NCBI GenBank assembly: GCA_041493915.1
Contig: JBGPZT010000003.1
Location: 1-59,034 of the forward strand
Reading direction: 5' to 3'
Source: Candidatus Limnocylindria bacterium
GTDB taxonomy: Bacteria; Chloroflexota; Limnocylindria; P2-11E
Length of the DNA: 59,034 nucleotides
How positions within the stretch are numbered: position 1 is the first letter of the stretch; every line of letters starts with the position of its first letter. Below, in pieces: positions 1-10,233 of this stretch. The translations under genes and the position numbers were made by a program. The notes below the pieces were generated by a model that did no database searches, was not told where the DNA came from, and saw only the letters and a list, made by a program, of their open reading frames with translations.

Positions 1-600
1 CGCATCGTGCAAATGCTCGAGCACCACACCAAGCCGAACGTCACCACGTCCCGGACCCAGCCCCGCCTCTTCATCGAGGACATGGGGAAGACGGGCATCC
101 TCCGCCTGATCAACCCGGCGCCGCCGCACATCCTCGCCCGTTACAGCCCCGGCGCCGAAGCCCAGCTCAAGGAGCAGGAAGGCCTGCTGGCGGTCCACGC
201 CCGCGACGGCGAGCTCCTCGGCTTCCTGGAGCCGAAGGTCGGCCGGCGCCTCATCGATCTGATCCGAACTGGCAACCAGTACGTGGCGGCGATCGTCAGT
301 AACGACCAGCTGAACGCCCGCGTTGCCATTCGTGAGGTCGGGCAGAGCGTCGAGAACTCGAGCCGGATCTCCTTCCCGGGCCACCACCGCCCGGCCGAGA
401 CGAAGGAACGCGCCTACATCAAGGGCAACTTCTTCCGCTTCGGACGGGATGCGGATGAGGACAGTGACGAGGACACGGACGAGACCGAAGAGACTGAGGG
501 CGGCGCGGGCGGCGAGGCCCTCGAAGAGACAGACGCGGTCGATGAGCCCCTGGTCGTCGATACCGGCGACGAGGACGCGGAGGAAGAAGAAGAGGAGTAA
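1..600 (+). CDS. Hypothetical protein, 5'-truncated by window edge, with acidic C-terminal tail
   Basis: Frame open from base 1 to TAA at 598-600; GC3-rich codons; D/E-rich tail. Confidence 0.75.
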   Translation, partial: RIVQMLEHHTKPNVTTSRTQPRLFIEDMGKTGILRLINPAPPHILARYSPGAEAQLKEQEGLLAVHARDGELLGFLEPKVGRRLIDLIRTGNQYVAAIVSNDQLNARVAIREVGQSVENSSRISFPGHHRPAETKERAYIKGNFFRFGRDADEDSDEDTDETEETEGGAGGEALEETDAVDEPLVVDTGDEDAEEEEEE

Positions 601-605
601 GCCGA

Positions 606-2381
606 ATGCGCCGAGCAGGATGGGGAGCGGTAACCGCGGTCCTCGTCCTCCTGGCCGCGGCCTGTTCCGCGCCCGTTGCCCCCGATAAGACCCGCCCGAC
701 CGGCGACGTCACCGACGCGCGCTCGATACCCATCGCCCGCACCGCAGCCGACATCCTTCTGACCTTCTCCGTCTATGACTACGCCCTCGTCGGCGGTGTG
801 AACGGCGACAAGGTGCGGACCATCAACGCCGACCGATTCGCGGCGGTCGCGCACGCGCAGGCCGCGCTCATCACCGCCAACACGGCGAAGGTCGTCGCCG
901 CGACGGTCGACGCCGTCGGTCCGGTACGCGACCGTCTCGTCGCGCTCGCCGACGGTCTCACGGATCTGTCGCGCGACGCGCTCGCGTTCGCCGACGCGCG
1001 CGACCCCGCGGCGCTGTCGCGCGTCCTCTCCGGCGTCGAGCTTGGTTGGGCGAGCCTGCGCGAGCTCGTGTCGGTGCTCCCCGCAGACGCGGCCCTGAAA
1101 GCCTCGCTGGACCGCGGCATGTCGATCATCTCCACGGCGTCGTCGACGCAGCGCTTCACGCTGGCGGTAGGCCCGTACACCACGGCGGGCGAGGCCGCCG
1201 ACGCCGCGAAGACGATCGGGGCGAACGCGACCGCGGCGAAGGAGAGCCCGTTCACCGTGCGCGTCGGCCCGTACGCGGACCGGTCCGCGGCCGACAAGGC
1301 GGCGCTCACGCTGGCGTCGCAAAAGATCACCGCGATCGTCACCGAGGACGCCGTGTACGCCTTCGCGCGCAGCGGTGCGGTGCCCGACGCGGAGCTGTGG
1401 CGCGAGCCGGAGCGATCCATCGACGTCCACGCGCTCGCGCGCAAGATCGCGCTGTCGCAGGACGCGGCGCTCGTTGCGACCGGCACCGACGATGGCTTCC
1501 TCGCCCTGCACACGCGCGACGGCGTGCTGAAGGCGCTGGCGAAGTTCAACGCCGGCGTGAATCAGCTCGCGTTCACCAACGACGCGCGATTCCTCATGGG
1601 TGGGGGACAGGTCCTCTCCAACTTTGTGATGCCGGCGCCGAATGACTCCGTGGGCGTTCCGGTGCGCCTCACCGGTGCGGCCCAGTCGCTCGTCTACGTG
1701 CCGGGGGTGGACATCTTCGCGGCGTCCGCGGGAGGGAGCGACGGCGGCATCATCGGCGGGCGCACGCCGGATGGGGTGCCGCTCGCGGAACCCTTCCCGA
1801 TCGCGCTTGCGTCCTCGGGCGGGCTCCTCGCGGTCAGCGACAACGGCGATCTCTTCATCGCCTGGCAGACCTCGGGCGGCTACGAGGTCCGCATGTTCCG
1901 TCCGGGTGTGGAGCGGTCCACGAGGGGCGTACTGCGCATACCCGGGATCGGCAAGGCCTTCGCGATCGATCGCTCCGGCGTCTATGGCGCGGCCGTGACG
2001 GATCAGGGCACGTACCGCTTCCAGCTGACCGCGCCGGACCCGACGAAGACCCTCACCAAGCTCACGACCCCGGTGCGCGATGTCGAGTTCGCGCGCGACG
2101 GAACGCTCTACCTGCTCGACGCGCAGCGTGTCGTCGCGGTCGGCGCCGAGGGATCGACGCTGTGGACGACCGCGCTCGTCGACGGCCGCCGTATCGCGGT
2201 CGGACTGCGCGCGGTGGTGCTGGACGGCACCGACCGCCTCGTCGCGCTCGACCCGAAGACCGGCGCCATCGACGCGCTCGCGCCCGTCGGCCAGATCCAG
2301 GATCTCGTCGTGTCCCGCGATGGTCGGTGGGTGGGCCTTATCGCCGAAGCTCGGAGGGCCGTACTCTTCAGGCTGCCATGA
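606..2381 (+). CDS. Lipoprotein with SPOR-like repeats and C-terminal beta-propeller
   Basis: Lipobox LLAAAC; two F-x-x-x-VGPY motifs; WD40-like blade repeats. Confidence 0.7.
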   Translation: MRRAGWGAVTAVLVLLAAACSAPVAPDKTRPTGDVTDARSIPIARTAADILLTFSVYDYALVGGVNGDKVRTINADRFAAVAHAQAALITANTAKVVAATVDAVGPVRDRLVALADGLTDLSRDALAFADARDPAALSRVLSGVELGWASLRELVSVLPADAALKASLDRGMSIISTASSTQRFTLAVGPYTTAGEAADAAKTIGANATAAKESPFTVRVGPYADRSAADKAALTLASQKITAIVTEDAVYAFARSGAVPDAELWREPERSIDVHALARKIALSQDAALVATGTDDGFLALHTRDGVLKALAKFNAGVNQLAFTNDARFLMGGGQVLSNFVMPAPNDSVGVPVRLTGAAQSLVYVPGVDIFAASAGGSDGGIIGGRTPDGVPLAEPFPIALASSGGLLAVSDNGDLFIAWQTSGGYEVRMFRPGVERSTRGVLRIPGIGKAFAIDRSGVYGAAVTDQGTYRFQLTAPDPTKTLTKLTTPVRDVEFARDGTLYLLDAQRVVAVGAEGSTLWTTALVDGRRIAVGLRAVVLDGTDRLVALDPKTGAIDALAPVGQIQDLVVSRDGRWVGLIAEARRAVLFRLP

Positions 2382-4789
2382 GCAACATGCGAGAGCGGAT
2401 CCTCTCGTTCGTCCCGATCGAGACGATCCCGCTCCCGCGACCTCTGAACCGATTCGGCACCGCGTTCCCCATGGCGCTCGCCGAGGTCTATGCGACCGCC
2501 TACGCGCCTCGACGCGGTGTCGTTCTCGATCCGCTCGCGCATCCGTGGTCTGCCGCCGACGCCGTCGAGTCCGCGGACCGGCGCGGCATCGCGACGTCGC
2601 GCGAGCCGCTGGGCGAATGGGCCCGTGCGGTCGTCGCCCTCGCGCCGTCGCTCGACGACGTCATCGCCGCGTTCGAGCGCGTCGCCGACAGCGCGCTCGT
2701 CGGTACGCCGCACCGCGTCGCGATGCGCGAGCTCTACGGCTCCCACTGCGCGACGTGCCACGGCCCGGTCGTCGTCGAGGCCTTCCTCTGGGAGCGCGAC
2801 GCGCCGGTGCCGACCAAGAAGGCCTTCCGCTGCGGCGTCTGCGCGCGTGAGGGCCGCGCTCTTCTCATCGAGCCCGTCGACACCGACGACGAGGAGCGCA
2901 CGCGCCGGCTCGAGCCCCACGGCATGGCGTACTGGCAGTTCGTGGAGCGCTTCGGCGCCGATCCGGCCGCGCAGGCGCTGGGGGAGACCGTCGCCGCGCT
3001 CTACACCCCACGCAATATCACCGCGCTCATGGCCACGCTGCGCGCCATCGAGACCTCCGTCGGGGACGCCGCGGCGCAGGGTCTGCTCAAGCTCTGCCTG
3101 CTCGAGTCGATCGTCGCGGGCAGCCGCCTGAACGCGGTCGCCGGGCATGGCGCGCCGCTGCGCATCGACAAGGGCCGCGCGCGCCGCGGCCACGCGTCGC
3201 AGACGCGCGAGGTGAACATCTGGCTCGAGTACGAGCGCACCGTCCGCGAGCTCGTCGCGTGGCTCGCGCAGCACGAGCATCGCTCGCCCGCCGCGCGCGG
3301 CGCGCTCCTGCTCGACCCCGGCGACGCCGACCTCGTCCTGTGCCAGGCGCCGGTCGAAGACACGCTCGGAGGATGGAGCACGGTCGCAAGCGCGCTGCTG
3401 CTCGGCGCGAAGACGCTCCGTCCGATGGACACCGGCGAGGGGCGGCTCGCGGCACGCGAGCGACTCCTCCGGACGCTGCGCGCCGCCCTCATCGAGGCGC
3501 ATCGGGTCTCGCGTCCCGAGGCAGCGGCGGTCGTGTACGTGCCGCACGCGGACGCGGCGACGATCGCCGCCTGCGTCCTCGCCGGCGCGGGCAGCGGCTA
3601 TCGGCTGCGAACGATCCTCTATCAGCGCGACGCGAACGCCGGCGCGTACGGCTCGCCGGCCGCGGCGGTGTGCGACTTCGACCGTGACGTGCCGCTGCTG
3701 CGCGACCAGTCGGCCGCGGACGCGGGGCTCATCGAGGACGCGATCCGCGCCGGCGTGCGCGACGCCGTGCTCGCGCGCGGCGAGCCCGTGCGCGAGGACG
3801 TCGCCGCCGTCGCCGCGCTGCAGGCGCTGGCCGTGAAGGGGCTCCTCGTTCCGATCGCGCTCGCGCGCGCCGGCGGCGTGTCCGAGCTCGAGCTCTTCCT
3901 CGACCACTTCAAGTCGGCCCTCGCCGACGGACGGCGCACCGGCATCACGCGCGTGCCGCTCAGCGACGACGCCGACGACGTCGCGTATGCGATCAACGAG
4001 GCGCCCGACGCGACGCCGCTCGGCGACCGCGTCGAGTGGTCGGTCTGGGGTCTCCTCTCATCCGCGCGCGAGGTCGACACGCGTTCGCTGCTGCGCCGCG
4101 TGTACGGACTGTTCCGCGGCATCGAGACGCCGGACCGCGAGCTCATCGAGCGCTGCGTCGCCGCCTACGCGACCCAGACCGACGACGGACGGTGGCGCCT
4201 GCTCGATCAGGACGGGCTCGTCGCGCGGCAGGCCTCGCAGGCGCAGGTCCTTGCGGAGCTCATCGACGCCGGACACCGGCTCGGATTCAAGGTGCACGTC
4301 GGTCGCGACGTCGAAAGGCGTGCGGTGCCCACCTCGCATGCGGAACGCGGCCACGTACTCGCGGATCTCGTCGGCGAGGCCGAGCGCGGGAGCGGCCCAT
4401 CGCGTTTCGTGCGCGGCGCGCCGGAGGCGCTCGATTTCATCGACTGCGTCTGGTACGACCGCGGGCGCATGGTGTTCCTCTGGCAGGTCGACTGGACCGC
4501 CCGGATCCATCGCAGCGTCGTGGCGCTCGGCGAAGCGATCCCGGACGACGATCGGGTGTTCCGTTTCCTCGCCGTCGCGGACGAACGGAGCGCCCTGGTG
4601 CACGAAAAGCTGCGCCGCTCTCCGGCGCTGGCGGAGGTCGTTCGACGCCGGGGCTGGCGATTCGTAAAGTGGGATCCACTGCGCCGGTGGTTGGGGGACG
4701 CCCAGGCCGGCCTGGATGGCCTCGAAGGCGTTCTTGGCCTCGAACCTGCCGTGGAACAATCAGGCCAGCAGCTCGCGTTCAGGTGGTAG
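2378..4789 (+). CDS. Degenerate amino-DNA-methyltransferase-like protein with Zn finger and C-terminal nuclease-like fold
   Basis: ATG overlaps upstream TGA; VVLDPL..RRGI resembles motif I; CATC/CGVC; DLVLCQAP at the motif IV position. Confidence 0.6.
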   Translation: MSNMRERILSFVPIETIPLPRPLNRFGTAFPMALAEVYATAYAPRRGVVLDPLAHPWSAADAVESADRRGIATSREPLGEWARAVVALAPSLDDVIAAFERVADSALVGTPHRVAMRELYGSHCATCHGPVVVEAFLWERDAPVPTKKAFRCGVCAREGRALLIEPVDTDDEERTRRLEPHGMAYWQFVERFGADPAAQALGETVAALYTPRNITALMATLRAIETSVGDAAAQGLLKLCLLESIVAGSRLNAVAGHGAPLRIDKGRARRGHASQTREVNIWLEYERTVRELVAWLAQHEHRSPAARGALLLDPGDADLVLCQAPVEDTLGGWSTVASALLLGAKTLRPMDTGEGRLAARERLLRTLRAALIEAHRVSRPEAAAVVYVPHADAATIAACVLAGAGSGYRLRTILYQRDANAGAYGSPAAAVCDFDRDVPLLRDQSAADAGLIEDAIRAGVRDAVLARGEPVREDVAAVAALQALAVKGLLVPIALARAGGVSELELFLDHFKSALADGRRTGITRVPLSDDADDVAYAINEAPDATPLGDRVEWSVWGLLSSAREVDTRSLLRRVYGLFRGIETPDRELIERCVAAYATQTDDGRWRLLDQDGLVARQASQAQVLAELIDAGHRLGFKVHVGRDVERRAVPTSHAERGHVLADLVGEAERGSGPSRFVRGAPEALDFIDCVWYDRGRMVFLWQVDWTARIHRSVVALGEAIPDDDRVFRFLAVADERSALVHEKLRRSPALAEVVRRRGWRFVKWDPLRRWLGDAQAGLDGLEGVLGLEPAVEQSGQQLAFRW

Positions 4790-4812
4790 AGGACAAATAA
4801 GGAGCCGCACTA

Positions 4813-5241
4813 ATGGGTAAGCCACAGGTCGTCAGCGACCAGACGTTCGAGCAGGAGGTCCTGAAGGCGGACACCCCCGTGCTCGTCGATTTCTGGGCGA
4901 CGTGGTGCGGTCCGTGCCGCATGGTCGCGCCGGTCCTCGAAGAGGTCGCGAGCGAGCAGGGCGACAAGATCCGCGTCGCGAAGCTCGACGTCGATGCCAA
5001 CCCGATCACCGCGGGGCGCTTCGGCGTCCGCGCGATCCCGACGATGATCCTGTTCAAGAACGGCCGGGAGGCCGACCGCATCGTCGGGTACCACCCGAAG
5101 CCACAGCTCATGCAGAAGCTGACACCACACCTCGCTGCGGCGCCGGCCGCGAGTCCGACGACCGCGAGCGCGCCAAGCGCGGCCGGGTCACCGACGAGCA
5201 GCACGCCGAACGCCGGCGTGGGCGTTACGAAGATCCACTAG
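4813..5241 (+). CDS. trxA: Thioredoxin with low-complexity C-terminal extension
   Basis: WCGPC active site, VLVDFWA, IPT; AAGGAG RBS. Confidence 0.95.
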   Translation: MGKPQVVSDQTFEQEVLKADTPVLVDFWATWCGPCRMVAPVLEEVASEQGDKIRVAKLDVDANPITAGRFGVRAIPTMILFKNGREADRIVGYHPKPQLMQKLTPHLAAAPAASPTTASAPSAAGSPTSSTPNAGVGVTKIH

Positions 5242-5275
5242 CGTGCGTGACACTTCCGATACACCCGGCGCGAAG

Positions 5276-5458
5276 ATGCTCGACCCGGTATGCGGGATGA
5301 CCGTCGACGTCGCGGATTCCCGCGAGCAGGGTCTCACCCTCGAGATGGACGACCGCGAGTACGCGTTCTGCGGTCCCGGCTGCATGAAGTCCTTCGCGAA
5401 GGCCCCGCACCAGTACCGCGCGAAGGTCGACGCCTGGGTGGCCGCGCAGAAGCGCTGA
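5276..5458 (+). CDS. YHS domain protein
   Basis: DPVCGM...YAFCGPGC; alternative GTG start at 5243. Confidence 0.85.
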   Translation: MLDPVCGMTVDVADSREQGLTLEMDDREYAFCGPGCMKSFAKAPHQYRAKVDAWVAAQKR

Positions 5459-5486
5459 CGCCCCTTGCGGAGCTAGCCTGCAGCGC

Positions 5487-6197
5487 GTGACCTACGCGCT
5501 GTACCTGGAGTCCGGACCGCAGCGTAAGTCGACGCTCGTCCACGTGATCGACCTCCTCGGCTGCGCGTGGTTCGCTCCCACGACCGACGAGGCAGTCGCC
5601 GCCGCGCCCGAGGAGATCAGCGCGTACCTGCGCTACCTGAAACGCCACGGCGAAAAGGTCGACCCGAAGGCGCCGATCGCGACGCGCGTCGCCGAGCACA
5701 TCACTGAAGGCGACTTCCTGGGCCACGGCTCGCCGCAGGCCGTGTACACGCCCGACCGTAAGCCCGTGACGCCGTCAGAGCTCGCGACATATCTGCGCCG
5801 CCTCGAGTGGTCCCGGGCCGACCTGCTCGCCCTCATCGCGAACGTGAGCGCAAAGGCGCTCGACGCGAAGCCCGCGAAGGGCCGCTCGCTGCGCGACATC
5901 CTGCTGCACGTGCTCGGCTCTGACTCCGGTTACCTCGCGAACGCGCTCGGCGCCGTGAAGGCGGTGAACGCACCGATCAACGCCGCTGGCCGCGGCGAGC
6001 TCGACGTTCGCATCGCGCTGCAGGAGGCCCGCGACGCGGCGACGGGGCGCCTGCGGGCGCTCACGCCCGCGGAGCGCGCGTTCGTCAAAGAGCATCCCTC
6101 CGGCGCGCGCACGATGCGCAAGACGATCCGCCGCATGCTCGAGCACGAGTGGGAGCACCGCCGCGAGATCGCGGGGCGGCTCGGAAAGGACGCCTAG
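5487..6197 (+). CDS. HicB-like N-terminus plus DinB-like domain protein
   Basis: LLH...HEWEH His triad typical of the DinB family. Confidence 0.65.
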   Translation: MTYALYLESGPQRKSTLVHVIDLLGCAWFAPTTDEAVAAAPEEISAYLRYLKRHGEKVDPKAPIATRVAEHITEGDFLGHGSPQAVYTPDRKPVTPSELATYLRRLEWSRADLLALIANVSAKALDAKPAKGRSLRDILLHVLGSDSGYLANALGAVKAVNAPINAAGRGELDVRIALQEARDAATGRLRALTPAERAFVKEHPSGARTMRKTIRRMLEHEWEHRREIAGRLGKDA

Positions 6198-6670
6198 GCG
6201 GGCCGGAGCGCGACGACGGGCATCCCGGGCGCGTCGTCGTCGAACACCGTGAGCTCGGCGTCGTAGTCGAGTCCAAGGCGCGAGAACACCGGACGGAGCG
6301 CCGCGGGTGGCCCCTGCCGCAGCGCGGTCGTCCGCATTAGCCGCAGCGCCCGATGGCGGGCCTCCAGATCGGTCACGGTCGAAGCGACCGCCCGCCAGGC
6401 GCGCTCCCCGATGCGCACGCCGACGTGTGGATCGGCGGCGAGGTTGCGATACCAGTCGGTCCGCACGCCGAATCCGGACACGACGTATACGGTCGGACCT
6501 TCCTGCGCGTAGTTGAGCGCGCACGTGCGCGGACGCTTGGTGCGGCGTCCCGTCGTGATGAGTAGGAGCATCCGCGGTCCCATCAGGCGTGCGAAGACGC
6601 CGCGGTACAGGTGCGGCGGCAGACGCAGCAGCCAGCGCAGGATGCCGCGCGGGCGCGGTCGGTCCTTCAA
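6194..6670 (-). CDS. Deazaflavin (F420)-dependent nitroreductase family protein
   Basis: LLLITTGRRT, DWYRNLAADP motifs. Confidence 0.85.
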   Translation of the reverse strand: MKDRPRPRGILRWLLRLPPHLYRGVFARLMGPRMLLLITTGRRTKRPRTCALNYAQEGPTVYVVSGFGVRTDWYRNLAADPHVGVRIGERAWRAVASTVTDLEARHRALRLMRTTALRQGPPAALRPVFSRLGLDYDAELTVFDDDAPGMPVVALRPA

Positions 6671-7062
6671 GCCGGAAGCGGCTCCGAGGCACGTGCCTCC
6701 GCCGCCTCGGCTTCCGCCTTCGTCTCATGGACGGTTCCGGGGGCGTGCTGCGGTGGCGCGTAGACGGTGAACAGCTTCAGCGGCCGCTCGCCCGTGTTGA
6801 TCACGTTGTGCTGCGCCCCGGCGGGGACACAGAAGACCGCGCCCTTCTTGAAGGGTTCCTTGGCCCCGTTGATGACAGCGGCACCTTCTCCCTGCACGGC
6901 ATAGAGGAGCTGATCGCCATCGTGGATCTCCGCGCCGATCTCCTCGCCGGCACGTAGAGACATGACGACGAGCTGGCTCTTCGCCGCGGTGAACACGACT
7001 TTGCGGAAGAAGTCGTTCTCCTTCGCGGCTTCCTTGAGGTCGATGATGCGTGGCTCGATCAT
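6667..7062 (-). CDS. Cupin domain protein
   Basis: EIGAEIH...HNVINTG...YAPPQH; AAGGAGG RBS before ATG 7062. Confidence 0.85.
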   Translation of the reverse strand: MIEPRIIDLKEAAKENDFFRKVVFTAAKSQLVVMSLRAGEEIGAEIHDGDQLLYAVQGEGAAVINGAKEPFKKGAVFCVPAGAQHNVINTGERPLKLFTVYAPPQHAPGTVHETKAEAEAAEARASEPLPA

Positions 7063-7324
7063 GGCTGGCCTCCTTACGTCTATGCGGAATGTCTCGAACC
7101 GACAATGACCCACGGGCCGACCGTGGCACAGAGTCCGATGGACTAGCGCGAGTGCGGGCCTGCCCCACAGTCGACGCAACTACCTGTGCCGCGCGGGGTC
7201 GTCAGCAGGCACTGCGCAGAAGTGCCGGTGGGGCAATGCCGGACACGTCCGGGACCATCGGCCCTATGCCAACCCGGCGTCACTGGTGAACTCTTTCCTC
7301 GAAACGTCGTTGGAGGTACGAAAC

Positions 7325-7792
7325 GTGTCCGCTCTCGTGAAGGACTTTCTTGCTCAAAAGCGCATCGCCGTCGCGGGCGTCTCCCGCGACCCGGCCACGC
7401 ACGGCGCTAACGCCATCTATGTGCGGCTTCGGCAACGCGGATACGAGGTCTTCGCGGTGAACCCGAACGCGGCGATCGTCGAGGGAGATCGTTCCTACCC
7501 GGACCTACGTTCCATAACGGGCGGCGTCGACGGCGTGGTCATCGCTACGGCGCCAGCGAGAGCCGAGTCCATCGCGAAGCAATGCCAGGAGCTTGGCATC
7601 CGGCGTGTGTGGATGCACCGCGGCCCGGCGCAGACCAGCGTTAGCCCCTCGGCCGTCGACTACTGCCGGCAGAACGGCATCTCTGTGATCCCCGGCGGTT
7701 GTCCACTGATGTTCTCGCCGGCCTCCGACACGATGCACCGCTGCATGCGCTGGGTCCTCGAACGCACGGGAGCCGTTCCCACGGATATCTGA
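7325..7792 (+). CDS. CoA-binding protein
   Basis: IAVAGVS, VNPN, VWMH, GGCP; GGAGGT RBS before GTG 7325. Confidence 0.85.
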   Translation: MSALVKDFLAQKRIAVAGVSRDPATHGANAIYVRLRQRGYEVFAVNPNAAIVEGDRSYPDLRSITGGVDGVVIATAPARAESIAKQCQELGIRRVWMHRGPAQTSVSPSAVDYCRQNGISVIPGGCPLMFSPASDTMHRCMRWVLERTGAVPTDI

Positions 7793-7798
7793 ACCTCG

Positions 7799-8293
7799 CT
7801 AGTCGAAGAGGAATCGCGTCGCGGTCGTGCCCATGTTCGCGAATTTCCAGGCGAAGACCTTCTGAGCGCGGATCGCCCAGAGGCCGCCCTTCGACCAATC
7901 CTCGGCGGTCGTCGTGGAGCGGTACTTCTTGTTGAACGTCGCGACCAGCTTTGCCGCGAGCTCCGGCGTCGCAGTCGCGAGCGTCTCCGCACATCCCTCG
8001 ACCATGATCGCGTAGCCGGTGCGCTCGACGCTCACCGCGACGCGCGGATCGCGTCGCAGATGGCGGGACCACTTCGTCTTCTCGCTGCCACCGAAGTAGA
8101 GCGTGTCGTCGACCCATCCGGCCCATTGTTGGATGATGTGCGGCCCGTCGTCCGCGCTCGACGTCGCGATCCAGTACCGCGGCGACCCCTCGAGCACCCG
8201 TCGCACGCTGATCCAGCGAAGCGCGCCCGTCATGTCTTGAGACACGCCGTAACCGGCGGGGATCGAGGGACGCGTGGCGCGCGGAGCTCTCAC
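7799..8293 (-). CDS. Pyridoxamine 5'-phosphate oxidase-like (possibly F420-dependent) protein
   Basis: YWIATS..DGPH, RHLRRDPRVAV, terminal ATRF; start uncertain. Confidence 0.75.
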   Translation of the reverse strand: MRAPRATRPSIPAGYGVSQDMTGALRWISVRRVLEGSPRYWIATSSADDGPHIIQQWAGWVDDTLYFGGSEKTKWSRHLRRDPRVAVSVERTGYAIMVEGCAETLATATPELAAKLVATFNKKYRSTTTAEDWSKGGLWAIRAQKVFAWKFANMGTTATRFLFD

Positions 8294-8531
8294 GCTCAGC
8301 CTTATGCCTCGAGGTGGTCGTACACGCGCGTCAGCATCCGGCGATCGTCGGCGGTGTCGTCCTCGCTGACGAGCTGCGCGATACGACCGTCCTGTCCGAT
8401 GACGTAATGCGCCGAGTGGTTGCTCTGTGGGACGGACCGCGCCATTGGATCCCCACGAAGCGCCTAACGGAGGACGCCCGGATGCGTGACACGGGCATGC
8501 GCGCCTATGGGGATGACGAAAGTACGGGTCG

Positions 8532-8855
8532 GTGTGGCAGCATGGCCCGATCAGAGGACGAGGGATCGATGAGGTCCTCGGGCGGGACGGCTGCATCCCT
8601 GACTCGGTGCACATCCCACTCAGCGTTCTAGAGTGGCGGGTCGATCCGACATCCGGCCACCAAAGCGCGGCACTCGCCGGACGCGAAGACGACCTCATCC
8701 TCATCTGCCACGAGGGTCATTCCTCAAGCCTCGCGGCCGTGCGCCTTCACGAGCTCGGCTTCGGTAACACGACCGATGTCATCGGTGGCGACGAATTCGC
8801 CGAGCCGACGCGGCGTCGAGCCTTACGAGACGACGCCGGAGCGGCCAAAGAATGA
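8532..8855 (+). pseudogene. Rhodanese-like fragment
   Basis: VLEWRVDP...ICHEGHSSSLAA...TDVIGG, but the expected N-terminus and GG..AW end are missing. Confidence 0.55.
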
Positions 8856-9158
8856 CAGCACGCAGCTGAGTGGGTCCGGACAGACGTGGTGAGTCGCAGG
8901 CAGCGCCGTCGTGCCACTGCCCCGATGCCGCTCGATCAACGCTCGAGCGCGCAAAGCCTCGTATGCCAGCGCAACGGTGCTGCGACTGACGTGGAGCTCG
9001 GCGGCCAGGGCGCGTTCCGACGGAAGTTGCTCCGGGACCGTCCGGAGCCGGATGGCGCCACCGAGCGCATCGGCAAGCGCGATGTAGAGCGGGCCGCCGC
9101 CCCTATTCCACCCCTCGATGGCGTGTGCGACCTGAGCCGCCCGCTCGCGTGCCCCCAT
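8823..9158 (-). CDS. GntR/MocR-type winged-helix regulator lacking effector domain
   Basis: LPSERALAAELHVSRSTV..AY..RGSGT. Confidence 0.75.
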   Translation of the reverse strand: MGARERAAQVAHAIEGWNRGGGPLYIALADALGGAIRLRTVPEQLPSERALAAELHVSRSTVALAYEALRARALIERHRGSGTTALPATHHVCPDPLSCVLSFFGRSGVVS

Positions 9159-9218
9159 GAGGTGAAATTAAGCCAATTGGCGGTGGACCGGTGTGGCCTC
9201 GGCGGGAATGATGGACGG

Positions 9219-9686
9219 GTGAACCAAGGGCTCAAGCCGCTCGAGTGGCTTCTCGGAAGCTGGGAAGGCGATGCCCGCGGCGAGCCTGGCACCGGTCGAC
9301 AGACGCGACGGTACGAGCTCGTGCTGCGTGGCGAATTCATCATGGGCACGAACAAGACGATCTGGGTGCCGAAGCCCGGCCAGAGCGAGTCGGAAGTGCA
9401 CGAGGATCTGAGCCTTATCAGCTATGACCGCGCCGGCGGCCGTTTCGTTCTGCACGTGTTCTACGTCGAGCGATTTGTCGCCGAGTACGTCTGTGAAAAG
9501 CAGACAGACCCGCACGAGTGGGTCTTCACGGCGGAGCGCGTTCAAAACGGTCCGCCGGGAATGCGCGCTCGAGAGAGCCTGGCATCTCGGGAAGACGACG
9601 CACTGGATTCACGCTTCGAGCTATCGCTGTCCGGCAAGCCCTTCGCGCTCTACACACAGGAGACGTTGCGACGCCGGAAAGGTTGA
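9219..9686 (+). CDS. Beta-barrel (nitrobindin/DUF1794-like) protein
   Basis: LKPLEWLLGSWEG N-terminal motif; GTG start inferred. Confidence 0.6.
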   Translation: MNQGLKPLEWLLGSWEGDARGEPGTGRQTRRYELVLRGEFIMGTNKTIWVPKPGQSESEVHEDLSLISYDRAGGRFVLHVFYVERFVAEYVCEKQTDPHEWVFTAERVQNGPPGMRARESLASREDDALDSRFELSLSGKPFALYTQETLRRRKG

Positions 9687-9699
9687 GCTTCCCGACGAG

Positions 9700-9993
9700 C
9701 TACGCCTCGTCAGACGCGATGATCTCGCCGTCGTGCCATTCCGGGTCCGCCGCGAGGAACGCGCGCATCCTCTTGAAGCGCTCGTCCTGCTTAGGATCCC
9801 GCGCGTTGGCAACGTAGCTTTCCTTGTCCTTGAACGCGACGGCCATATAGAGCTCGTTCGGGTCGCGGTCCATCCGATACACCATCGTGCTGACGAAGCC
9901 TGGGATCTTGAGCGTCTCGTACCGCGCCATGTCTTCCTTGAGCTGCCCTTCCATCCCGGGCCTGAGGCGCATGCGTGCCACCGTGCCGTACAT
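9700..9993 (-). CDS. Dimeric alpha-beta barrel (ABM-like) protein
   Basis: MYGTVARMRLRPG...PEWHDGEI; GAGAGG RBS. Confidence 0.7.
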   Translation of the reverse strand: MYGTVARMRLRPGMEGQLKEDMARYETLKIPGFVSTMVYRMDRDPNELYMAVAFKDKESYVANARDPKQDERFKRMRAFLAADPEWHDGEIIASDEA

Positions 9994-10233
9994 CCGAAAC
10001 CCCTCTCTCTGACTCTTGCCTGTGATGCTACGCATTTGTCTGGTTCATCGGGCGTGGCGAAACTCGCCAGCGCTAGCCGCCCCCTCAGGTGCCGGTCATT
10101 GGGGCGGCAGCGACCCCCGACAGCCCCGCGAACACGAGCAGGCCAAGGATGAGCAGCAGGATGGCGACGACGAGCACGCCGCGAAGCACGCGGCGCCGAG
10201 ACGGCCGCTCGGGGCGCGAGCTGCGGCCCCGGA

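Noticed and set aside
445-600. GA-rich repeat tract
   Set aside because: Simply encodes the acidic protein tail
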